Source of the DNA: an uncultured Rhodospirillaceae bacterium
GTDB lineage: Bacteria > Pseudomonadota > Alphaproteobacteria > MPNO01 > UBA830
Assembly: GCA_963974055.1 (NCBI GenBank)
Contig: CAXBCP010000004.1
Location: 69,397 to 133,396, forward strand
DNA length: 64,000 nt
Direction: 5' to 3'
Shown piece after piece: positions 8,499 to 16,550 of this stretch. Position numbers and translations under genes: made by a program. Under the pieces are notes generated by a model. It did not search any database, was not told the origin of the DNA, and saw nothing but the letters and a program-made list of their open reading frames with translations. Positions within the stretch are counted from its first letter, which is position 1. Each line of letters starts with the position of its first letter.

Positions 8499-10147
8499 AA
8501 CGCCACGAATTGCCCGGCCCGCGAAAACAGGTTCTGTACGACTTCCTCGCCTGTGCGATCGTCATCCTGTTCCATTTCACGAATTACGTGGTTTATACCG
8601 AATACGACCGGATCTATCCCGATATTCTCGTTGTGGCGGGCGGTTTGTGCGCGGTCGCGGCCGGCCTCACCGCGCTGCTGCGCATTCCCTCGGCGGTGTT
8701 CCGGGCGGCAGTGTTTTCCGTCCTGATCACGGTCGTCCTCGGCGATGCATTATTCGAGTTCGGGACAAAGGACGATATCAGCCTGCGATTGATCGCCCTG
8801 TCCGGGGTCCTGGTACTGGCGCTTGCTGTCATGTTTTTTCTGCGGGAACACGCGAACCTGGTCCTGATCGGCGGATTTCTTGCAATGTTCGTGGCGACCG
8901 TCGGTATCGGACTTCTGGCGGCCCGGAAAGACGGCCCCGATCTGGCTTCCGGCAGCGCCGCAACGGCAGACCTGCCGGTGGTCGTTCATATCGTTCTTGA
9001 CGAGCATATAGGCCTCTCCGGCCTGTCATCCGCAACGCCGGGCGGCGCCGCTACGTCCGCAATATCGCGCCGGTTCTATACGGATGCGGGGTTCCGTGTC
9101 TTCGCCGGCGCTTACAGCCGGTTTTTCCGCACGGAGGCGTCTCTTGCGGGTGCGCTGAATTTCGACGGGTCCGCGCAGGCGACCCGTTTTCTGACCCGGA
9201 AACATTACGGGTTTTCACTGAACGAGAATGCCTATCTGAAGGCCTATGCCGACAAGGGGTATCGAATCCGTGTGTATCAGTCCGATTACTTCGATCTGTG
9301 CAAAAGCCACGGCATTGCGTTTGCCGGGTGCGCTTCCTACCGGCCGGACTACCTTTCCCGCACGGCAATTGACGGCTTGCCGGGGCCGGAACGGGCGCGT
9401 CTGCTATTCGGTATGTATTACAGCTCGATCGCCGTGATCAAAATCGCCAAGCTTGCCGGGAAACAGCTCGACAGGTGGGCTAAGAATCAGGGGGTCAGCC
9501 TGCCGTCCCCGGGACTCTGGCATGGCCGGGTCGGCCCGCTCGCGGTGGTGCCGACCTTCAACAATCTGATCCGGGATGTCTCGCGCGCAGCAGGGGGAAC
9601 GGTCTTCTTCGCGCATCTTCTGATGCCGCATTACCCCTATGTATACAATTCGGCCTGTGCCGTCCGGTCGCCGATCTCCGCATGGCGTCTGCGATTCGAC
9701 GGGAACCTGGAAAATTCGCCGGAATCCCGCCGACGGAGCTACGCCCAGTATATCGAACAGGTGCGATGCGTGGAAAAACGCCTGACGGTGCTGTTCGCCG
9801 CCCTGAAAAAGGCGGATACCTACGACCGGGCCACGATCGTTCTCCATGGCGATCACGGCGCCCGCATCGGATTAACGGACCCGGCGTCGGCCACGGTCTC
9901 GTCGCTGACCCCGGCGGATTACACGGATGCGTTTTCAACCCTGTTTGCCGTCAAGGCGCCGGATATCACGCCCGGGGTGGACCCCCGGATGCTGCCGCTG
10001 ACATCGCTGGTGCCCTATGCTCTGGACCGGGACGAAGATCTGCTTCGCGCGGCGGGCGACCCGACGGTTTATATCGTCGACGGGAACGGAAATGCGTCAC
10101 CGCATGCGCTTCCGGCGTTTCCGTCCTTGCCGAAGCAATTGAACTGA
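8495..10147 (+). CDS. Membrane-anchored alkaline-phosphatase-superfamily enzyme (sulfatase / phosphoethanolamine- or phosphoglycerol-transferase-like)
   Basis: Start at aa offset 18 of track ORF (MKRHELPGP; ATGA overlap with upstream stop); about 5 N-terminal TM helices then soluble domain with VVVHIVLDEHIG and FFAHLLMPHYPYVY (H-x-PH-x-PY metal-site motif of sulfatase/PEA-transferase family). Confidence 0.55.
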   Translation: MKRHELPGPRKQVLYDFLACAIVILFHFTNYVVYTEYDRIYPDILVVAGGLCAVAAGLTALLRIPSAVFRAAVFSVLITVVLGDALFEFGTKDDISLRLIALSGVLVLALAVMFFLREHANLVLIGGFLAMFVATVGIGLLAARKDGPDLASGSAATADLPVVVHIVLDEHIGLSGLSSATPGGAATSAISRRFYTDAGFRVFAGAYSRFFRTEASLAGALNFDGSAQATRFLTRKHYGFSLNENAYLKAYADKGYRIRVYQSDYFDLCKSHGIAFAGCASYRPDYLSRTAIDGLPGPERARLLFGMYYSSIAVIKIAKLAGKQLDRWAKNQGVSLPSPGLWHGRVGPLAVVPTFNNLIRDVSRAAGGTVFFAHLLMPHYPYVYNSACAVRSPISAWRLRFDGNLENSPESRRRSYAQYIEQVRCVEKRLTVLFAALKKADTYDRATIVLHGDHGARIGLTDPASATVSSLTPADYTDAFSTLFAVKAPDITPGVDPRMLPLTSLVPYALDRDEDLLRAAGDPTVYIVDGNGNASPHALPAFPSLPKQLN

Positions 10148-10207
10148 TCCGGGCAATCCGGAAAAAACCGGCAGGTGCCGCGGACTTCCGACCGGTGGGT
10201 TGCATGT

Positions 10208-10213
10208 TATACT
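10208..10213 (+). promoter_or_regulatory. Candidate -10 element (TATACT) preceded by TTGCAT in the 153-bp gap before the first core pigment-cluster gene
   Basis: Only sizeable intergenic gap on this strand between 6.8 and 26.5 kb; sigma70-like hexamers seen but spacing non-canonical. Confidence 0.15.
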
Positions 10214-10299
10214 AGAGCAGGGTTTGTGGGGTACAACGTCTGGAACAAGATGCTGCGCCGCAACGCACGAACCGTAGTGACGAATGGCGGCAGAATACA

Positions 10300-11100
10300 A
10301 TGCATGACACTCCCTCCCCATCGTCGGTATCGCTGACTGTCGGCCGGTGGGCTGCATGGGCGCCGGGTGTGACGGACCGGGACGCCTGGCAGGCCTGGGC
10401 GAGGGGAGATGCGGCGATTTCCGGCCCGGTCGACCCGGATGTAAAATTCGTTGCGCCTATGATGCGTCGCCGACTGAGCGGCCTCAGCCGTATGGCGTTC
10501 CGGGTTGCGGCCGACTGCCTGGACGGTGCCGGGGAAAACGGCAATTCCCCGGCTTTCGTGTTCTGTTCGCGCTATGGCGAATATGCCCGCAGCTTCGGCA
10601 TTCTCGGAGGGTTTTCGAGCGGCGATCCCGTCTCCGCAGCCGCTTTCAGCATGTCCGTCCATAACACGGCGACAAGCCTGTATTCCATTGAAACAAAGGA
10701 CCGGTCCGCCGCGACGGCCATGGCCGGCGGCGAAGCGACGCTCGAAACCGGTTTTCTCGAAGCGTGGAGCCTGCTCGTCAACGGCGCGGCCCCGTCGGTC
10801 CTGCTGATTTACCACGACGAATGCCTGCCGGATCTCTATCGCGACCAGGCGACGACCGTCGCCCATGACGCCGCGGTCGCCCTGCTTCTGAAGCTGCCCG
10901 GCAGCGGCGGTGCGGACGATGCAGACGGAATGGGGCTGACGCTCGAATGGTCGTCGAACCGGCCTGCCGCTTCCGGCGCGAAGGCGGCACCCGACCCGGC
11001 GCTCGAAGTACTGAGGCTGCTCATTGACGGGGGCGGTTCGTTTGCGCTCGACGCCGGGCGGCTGGTCTGGACATGGAAGGCCGGGCGTGTCGCGGATTGA
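10300..11100 (+). CDS. Short beta-ketoacyl-synthase-like protein without full active-site set; chain-length-factor-like partner (ApeC-like)
   Basis: 266 aa, KS N-terminal-like region (VFCSRYGEYARS...SMSVHNTATSLYS) but too short for a full KS; first gene of a block collinear with apeC-apeR. Confidence 0.6.
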   Translation: MHDTPSPSSVSLTVGRWAAWAPGVTDRDAWQAWARGDAAISGPVDPDVKFVAPMMRRRLSGLSRMAFRVAADCLDGAGENGNSPAFVFCSRYGEYARSFGILGGFSSGDPVSAAAFSMSVHNTATSLYSIETKDRSAATAMAGGEATLETGFLEAWSLLVNGAAPSVLLIYHDECLPDLYRDQATTVAHDAAVALLLKLPGSGGADDADGMGLTLEWSSNRPAASGAKAAPDPALEVLRLLIDGGGSFALDAGRLVWTWKAGRVAD

Positions 11101-11869
11101 CTACTCCTGGCGGGTATTTGCGACCGGGGCCAGTTTTTCGGTTTTCGGTCTCGGGGCGCTGGTTATTACGCTCACGGCGTTTCCGGCGATTCACCTGTTG
11201 TCCTTCGACCGCCGCCGCGCGCACCGGGGGTGCCAGTATGTCGTTCATCTGTCGTTTCGCGCGTTTATTCGGATGATGAAAACACTTGGCGTTCTCACTT
11301 ACGAATTCAGGGATATCGAGAACCTGTCGCATGAATCCGGTCATCTGATTATTGCCAATCATCCGACCCTGCTCGACGTTGTCTTCATCATTTCGCTGTT
11401 GCCGGTGACTCAATGCGTCGTCAAGAAATCCGCCTGGTCGAATCCGTTTCTCGCCGGGGTGATGTGGGCGACCGGTTATATTCAGAACGACGATCCGATG
11501 GTCCTGATCGAAGACTGCGTTCGAAGTCTCGAAGAGGGCAGCAATCTGGTGATTTTTCCGGAAGCGACCCGCTCGGTGCCGGGGCAGAAGATGCGGCTTA
11601 AACGCGGGGCGGCGTCGGTCATTGCAGCCAGCAGAACGCTGTTCACGCCATTGATAATGACATGCGAACCGTCCACACTTACCAAAGGGAAAAAATGGTT
11701 CGAAATTCCAAGCCAAAAAGCGCATTTCCGGATATCGGTCGGCAAGCCCGTGGATCCGGCGACGCTTTTGACGGACGGGGAACGGCTGAGCAAATCGAAT
11801 CGCCGCATCAACAGCGCGATAGAAGAATTATTTGTCACGGGTATTGAGAAACATGGACGATCTGGCTGA
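11087..11869 (+). CDS. Lysophospholipid/1-acyl-glycerol-3-phosphate-type acyltransferase (LPLAT; ApeD-like)
   Basis: H-X4-D acyltransferase motif HPTLLDVVF, second motif VIFPEATRS; N-terminal TM segment; start proposed at GTG (aa offset 21 of track ORF), overlaps upstream gene. Confidence 0.65.
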   Translation: MSRIDYSWRVFATGASFSVFGLGALVITLTAFPAIHLLSFDRRRAHRGCQYVVHLSFRAFIRMMKTLGVLTYEFRDIENLSHESGHLIIANHPTLLDVVFIISLLPVTQCVVKKSAWSNPFLAGVMWATGYIQNDDPMVLIEDCVRSLEEGSNLVIFPEATRSVPGQKMRLKRGAASVIAASRTLFTPLIMTCEPSTLTKGKKWFEIPSQKAHFRISVGKPVDPATLLTDGERLSKSNRRINSAIEELFVTGIEKHGRSG

Positions 11870-12113
11870 AGAATTGAAAAAACTGTTGATCGAAACCCTG
11901 GACCTGGAAGAAATCGGACCGGAGGATATTGAAACCGAGGCGCCGCTGTTCGGAGACGGCCTCGGGCTCGATTCAATCGATGCGCTGGAACTGGGCGTGG
12001 CGATACAGAAACGCTACGATATCAAGATCGACACCACATCCGAGGATATCGGTAAATGGTTCCACTCCATCGAATCGCTGAGCAAATTTATCGCTGAAGG
12101 CAGACGGTCGTGA
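11853..12113 (+). CDS. Acyl carrier protein 1 (ApeE-like)
   Basis: 86 aa acidic protein, phosphopantetheine site LGLDSIDALEL. Confidence 0.8.
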   Translation: MDDLAEELKKLLIETLDLEEIGPEDIETEAPLFGDGLGLDSIDALELGVAIQKRYDIKIDTTSEDIGKWFHSIESLSKFIAEGRRS

Positions 12114-12376
12114 CCCAGATGGATTCGAACACCACGCGGGAAGAAATTCTGGATCAGTTGAAGGCGATTTTTGTCGAGCAGTTCGATATTGCCGCCGCCG
12201 ATATCGTTCCGGAAGCGCAACTCTATGACGATCTCGATATCGACAGCATCGATGCCGTGGATCTGATGGTCGCCCTGAAGGAAAAATCCGGCAGGAAACT
12301 GGATCCCGAGGTGTTCAAACAGGTGCGCACCGTTGGCGATATCGTTGACGCGGTACACGATCTGCTGACCCGATAG
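12110..12376 (+). CDS. Acyl carrier protein 2 (ApeF-like)
   Basis: 88 aa, DLDIDSIDAVDLMVAL Ser attachment motif; GTGA overlap with previous ACP gene (alternative ATG at 12119). Confidence 0.8.
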   Translation: MTQMDSNTTREEILDQLKAIFVEQFDIAAADIVPEAQLYDDLDIDSIDAVDLMVALKEKSGRKLDPEVFKQVRTVGDIVDAVHDLLTR

Positions 12377-12383
12377 TCCGTTT

Positions 12384-12977
12384 ATGACCGGGGCCAGGAT
12401 CGGATTCGCCGCTGTCGTCATCGCCTATCCGCTGATCGTCTATTTCGGTCTCAAGCATTTCGATGCCCGGCTTGTGGCGGTTCTGCTGATCGGTCTGGCG
12501 TTGTTGCGGCTGTTCATGGTGCGGAAGGCGGATAGTCCTTCTGCGGCGATGCCGCAGGCCCGGCTGGTTATTTTCGCCCTGCTGCTGTTCGGCGTTCTTA
12601 CCCTGGTGTCGGACATTCCCGTGCTTCTGCAATATTACCCCGTGGCGATGAACATTTTTATGTTCACACTGTTTTTCGGCTCGTTGCTCCGCCCGCCCTC
12701 CATTATCGAACGGATCGCCCGGCTGTCGAATCCCGACCTGCCCGAAACCGCGGTCGCCTATACGCGCAAGGTGACCATGGTCTGGTGCGCCTTCTTTGTC
12801 TTCAACGGTTCGATGGCGCTCTACACGACGCTGAGCACCAGCCTGGGTTTCTGGGCCGTCTATAACACCCTGGTATCCTATTCGCTGATGGGATTTCTTT
12901 TCGCGGGGGAATTTCTCGTTCGGCGTATCGTCAAGCGGCGGCATGCTTTGCAGGCCGCCGCTGGGGGGGATAAGTGA
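12384..12977 (+). CDS. Integral membrane protein of unknown function (ApeG-position)
   Basis: 197 aa, 4-5 predicted TM helices; conserved position between ACPs and ligase. Confidence 0.5.
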   Translation: MTGARIGFAAVVIAYPLIVYFGLKHFDARLVAVLLIGLALLRLFMVRKADSPSAAMPQARLVIFALLLFGVLTLVSDIPVLLQYYPVAMNIFMFTLFFGSLLRPPSIIERIARLSNPDLPETAVAYTRKVTMVWCAFFVFNGSMALYTTLSTSLGFWAVYNTLVSYSLMGFLFAGEFLVRRIVKRRHALQAAAGGDK

Positions 12978-14731
12978 TGTCGCCCGCCGTCATCGCGCTC
13001 TCCGGGTTGCTGACCTCCGACGGTGCAGGGGACGATATTGTCGCGACCGGGGCAAACGGCGTCCGAAGCCGCCGCGAATTCATCCGTGACGTCACCGCCC
13101 TGGCAGGGCGGGTGGCGGCCGCCGGCGGCAAACGCTGGCTGATCGCGGACGGCGATGCCTATGCCATCGCGGTCGGTGTATTCGCGGTCCTCCACGCCGG
13201 CGGGCAGGCGGTCCTGCCGGCGAACCTCCAGGCGGGGCATCTGGCGGATGTCGCGTCGACGGCGGATGGCGTGTTGACCGGCGGACCGGGAGGTCCGGCG
13301 GCACCGCGGGCCATGTCCCTGTTCGACCGGCCGGATGCGGATGCGACCGTCGGGCCGCCGCTGGCACCGATCGATGCGGATGCGGCGGAAATCGTCCTGC
13401 ATACGTCGGGCACGACCGGCGCCCCGACATCCATCTGCAAGCCGCTCCGGTGCTTCGAAGCCGAATTGACATCGCAGAGCCGTGTATTCGATCCGGTGCC
13501 CGGCAAAACGGTAATCGCAACGGTGCCGCCCTATCATATCTATGGACTGTTGTTCCGAATTCTGTGGCCGCTCGCCACGAACCGTCCGTTTTCGACGGAT
13601 ACGGTGTCCTATCCGGAAGATCTGGTTTCCGCCGCCGAGGCCGCCCCCGGATGCATGTTCGTCTCCAGCCCGGCATTCCTCAAACGTGCCTTGCAGGTTC
13701 TCGATCTCGACAATCTGCGCCCCTGTCTGGGCCCGGTGTTTTCGTCCGGCGGTCTCCTGCCGCCGCCGGTGGCCGCCGCCTATAACGCAACGCTGACGCA
13801 AGCCGTTGTCGAAGTTTTCGGCAGCACCGAAACGGGCGGTGTCGCTTATCGCTCGGTGTTCGATGCGTCGGCGCCGCCGCATTGGCAGCCGCTGCCGGGT
13901 GTCGAGGTCGCCACCGATCCCGAAACGGAAGTCCTGACCGTGCGGTCGCCATTCATGCCCGACCCGGTGTGGTTTCGCGCCGGCGACCGGGCGCGGATAG
14001 AGCCCGATGGCCGTTTCGTGCTCGGCGGCCGGGCGGACCGTATCGTGAAGGTCGAGGAAGAACGGGTATCGCTGCCCGAACTCGAACAGCGCCTGGCGGA
14101 TAACCTTGCCGTTGCCGCGGCCCGGGTCGTTCTGCTGGCGGACGATGACGGGAAACGCCAGGTTATCGGAGCCGTAATCGAGCCGTCCGACGCCGGCTGG
14201 GCGGTATTGTCTGTCGAGGGCCGGCGGGCCTTACGCACCGGTCTTGTGGATGCATTGCGGCCGCATCTCGCTGCTGTCGTGTTGCCGCGCAAATGGCGTT
14301 TCGTGACGCGCATTCCCGAAGACGACCGCGGCAAGACGAGCGATGCATCCCTTGCCGCCCTGTTCGCCGACAATATGGACCGCCAGATCCTGCCCGCTAT
14401 ACGGTCTCAGGAAACGGCCGGCGACGAAGCGATCTTCCGCATACACTTGCCCCACGATCTGTTTTATTTCGACGGCCATTTCGACGATGCGCCGATTCTG
14501 GCGGGCGTTGTTCAGCTCGACTGGGCCGTCGAATTTGCGCGTCAGCACCTGTCGGTTTCCGGCAGTTTCGAACGTTTCGAAGCGCTTAAATTCTTCAATG
14601 TTCTGATGGCCGGCGACGACGTCACGCTGACCCTCCGCTACGACCGCGATTCGCGGCGGCTGACCTTCGATTACGTCAACGGCGATATCCGGCATTCGTC
14701 GGGCAGGGTCGTCTTCGGGACGGCGTTATGA
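12974..14731 (+). CDS. Aryl-acid adenylating ligase (AMP-binding, ApeH-like) fused to C-terminal FabA/FabZ-type hotdog dehydratase domain (ApeI-like)
   Basis: A3 motif LHTSGTTGAPTSICKP, A5-like GSTETGG; C-terminal about 130 aa FRIHLPHDLFYFDGHFDDAPILAGVVQLDWAVEFARQHL hotdog dehydratase signature. Confidence 0.75.
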   Translation: MMSPAVIALSGLLTSDGAGDDIVATGANGVRSRREFIRDVTALAGRVAAAGGKRWLIADGDAYAIAVGVFAVLHAGGQAVLPANLQAGHLADVASTADGVLTGGPGGPAAPRAMSLFDRPDADATVGPPLAPIDADAAEIVLHTSGTTGAPTSICKPLRCFEAELTSQSRVFDPVPGKTVIATVPPYHIYGLLFRILWPLATNRPFSTDTVSYPEDLVSAAEAAPGCMFVSSPAFLKRALQVLDLDNLRPCLGPVFSSGGLLPPPVAAAYNATLTQAVVEVFGSTETGGVAYRSVFDASAPPHWQPLPGVEVATDPETEVLTVRSPFMPDPVWFRAGDRARIEPDGRFVLGGRADRIVKVEEERVSLPELEQRLADNLAVAAARVVLLADDDGKRQVIGAVIEPSDAGWAVLSVEGRRALRTGLVDALRPHLAAVVLPRKWRFVTRIPEDDRGKTSDASLAALFADNMDRQILPAIRSQETAGDEAIFRIHLPHDLFYFDGHFDDAPILAGVVQLDWAVEFARQHLSVSGSFERFEALKFFNVLMAGDDVTLTLRYDRDSRRLTFDYVNGDIRHSSGRVVFGTAL

Positions 14732-15495
14732 CCTTCCGGCCCTGTATTGTGGTGCCGGTGTTTAATCATGGTGACGGTGCCGCGGCGCTGATGGCGCATT
14801 TCGCGCCGCTTGATTTGCGGGTTTTCTTCGTCAATGACGGCAGTGCCGACGATACGGCGTTGCGGCTCGCCGAAATTGAAAAACAGTACCCGGCGGTGCG
14901 GGTCGTCGGTCATGCGGAAAACCGCGGAAAGGGAGCGGCGGTGGTCAGCGGCCTGCGTGCTGCCCATGACGAGGGGTTTTCCCACGCGCTTCAGATCGAC
15001 GCCGACGGACAGCACGACGCCGGCGATATTCCCCGGTTTCTGGCGCTGGCGGAACGAAATCCGGGGGCCGTGATCGCGGGGCAGCCCGTATTCGATGCCA
15101 GCGTCCCGACCGGCCGTCTGATCGCCCGGTACCTGACCCATGTGTGGATCTGGGTCGAAACCCTGTCCTTCGCGATCCGGGATTCCATGTGCGGATTTCG
15201 CGTCTATCCCCTGGCGCCTGTCATTGGGGTGGCCGACCGGACACGGCTTGGCCGCCGGATGGATTTCGACCCCGAGATTCTGGTCCGGCTTCACTGGGAC
15301 GGTGTGGCGATCATGTCGCTGCCGACGCGCGTGATTTACCCCGAGGGCGGCAGTTCGCATTTTCGGCTGTGGCTCGACAACTGGCTGATCACCCGGATGC
15401 ATATACGGCTGGTTTTCGGCATGCTCTGGCGGGTCCTGCTTTTCCGGACCGGGAAGTTCGGCGGACCGGGTGCGCGCCGGAAAGCCGCCGGATGA
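14728..15495 (+). CDS. Family 2 glycosyltransferase (ApeJ-like)
   Basis: IVVPVFNHG, DDGSAD (DXD-type) motifs; ATGA overlaps on both sides. Confidence 0.75.
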   Translation: MTFRPCIVVPVFNHGDGAAALMAHFAPLDLRVFFVNDGSADDTALRLAEIEKQYPAVRVVGHAENRGKGAAVVSGLRAAHDEGFSHALQIDADGQHDAGDIPRFLALAERNPGAVIAGQPVFDASVPTGRLIARYLTHVWIWVETLSFAIRDSMCGFRVYPLAPVIGVADRTRLGRRMDFDPEILVRLHWDGVAIMSLPTRVIYPEGGSSHFRLWLDNWLITRMHIRLVFGMLWRVLLFRTGKFGGPGARRKAAG

Positions 15496-16520
15496 CCGCT
15501 CCGCAGGATGCCGGGCCGAAATCCGGCCAGGCGCCGCAGGCCGCAACCCACTGGGCGCGGATCGAGGAGCGCGGCATGTATGCCGGTCTCAGCATCATGC
15601 TGGCGACACATCGGTTGTTCGGCCGCCGCGTGTTCGGTCTGCTGCTGTACCCCGTCATCGCATATTTCTTTGTGGCCGGGCGGTCGGCCCGCCGGGCGTC
15701 GATGGCGTTCCTGACGCAGGTTCATCGCCATACCGGGGCGGGTTCTGCCGGCACGGGAATCGGAACGCCGGGCTGGCGCCAGTCTTTCCGCCATTTCATG
15801 GCTTTCGGCGACGCGCTGCTCGACAAGCTCGAAGCCTGGTCGGGCCGGATCGGGGAAGAGAATATCGTCTATCACAACCCGGAAATATTCGAAGCGCTCC
15901 GGCAATCGGGGCGCGGCGGGCTATTGATCGCCTCCCATCTCGGCAATATGGAAGTATGCCGCGCGCTCGGCGAAAAGTCGCTCGGGCTGAAACTCAACGT
16001 TCTGGTCCATACCAAGCACGCCGCCAATTTCAACCGTTTGCTGCGCCGCGTAAGTCCCGATTCGAGCGTTTCGCTGATCCAGACGACCGAGGTCGATCCC
16101 GGCACCGCGATCATGCTTCAGGATCGCATCGCCCGCGGCGAATTTGTCATTATCGTCGGCGACCGGATACCGGTCACGAAATCCGGCCGGACAAGCCGGG
16201 TACCGTTTCTCGGCCGTGTCGCGCCGTTCCCTCAGGGGCCCTATATTCTGGCGTCGCTTTTCGGCTGCCCGGTTCAACTGATTTTCTGTCTCAAGCGCGG
16301 TGGGCGCTATCACATCATTTTCGAGCCCTTCGCAGATGCGATCCGGATCCCCCGCCGCGACCGTAACGCGGCGCTGGCAGACTGGACCGGCCGCTATGTC
16401 AGCCGTCTCGAACACTATTGCACTACCGACCCGTATCAGTGGTTCAATTTTTTTGACTTCTGGGGGCAGGCTGAGACAATGCCGCCCACCGAAAACAAGA
16501 ACCCAGCACCGAAAGGTTGA
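15492..16520 (+). CDS. LpxL/HtrB-family (lipid A biosynthesis-type) acyltransferase
   Basis: Start at aa offset 116 of track ORF (ATGA overlap with GT stop); N-terminal TM, catalytic region LIASHLGNMEV matching the HxxxxE/ SHxGNWE motif of Kdo2-lipid IVA lauroyl/myristoyl acyltransferases. Confidence 0.5.
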   Translation: MTAPQDAGPKSGQAPQAATHWARIEERGMYAGLSIMLATHRLFGRRVFGLLLYPVIAYFFVAGRSARRASMAFLTQVHRHTGAGSAGTGIGTPGWRQSFRHFMAFGDALLDKLEAWSGRIGEENIVYHNPEIFEALRQSGRGGLLIASHLGNMEVCRALGEKSLGLKLNVLVHTKHAANFNRLLRRVSPDSSVSLIQTTEVDPGTAIMLQDRIARGEFVIIVGDRIPVTKSGRTSRVPFLGRVAPFPQGPYILASLFGCPVQLIFCLKRGGRYHIIFEPFADAIRIPRRDRNAALADWTGRYVSRLEHYCTTDPYQWFNFFDFWGQAETMPPTENKNPAPKG

Positions 16521-16550
16521 ACCAATTGCCCGCTCAAAACCACCGTTCCC

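Noticed and set aside
10141-10299. Clear sigma70 promoter for the pigment operon
   Set aside because: TTGCAT and TATACT hexamers exist, but their spacing is non-canonical. It is kept only as a low-confidence feature.
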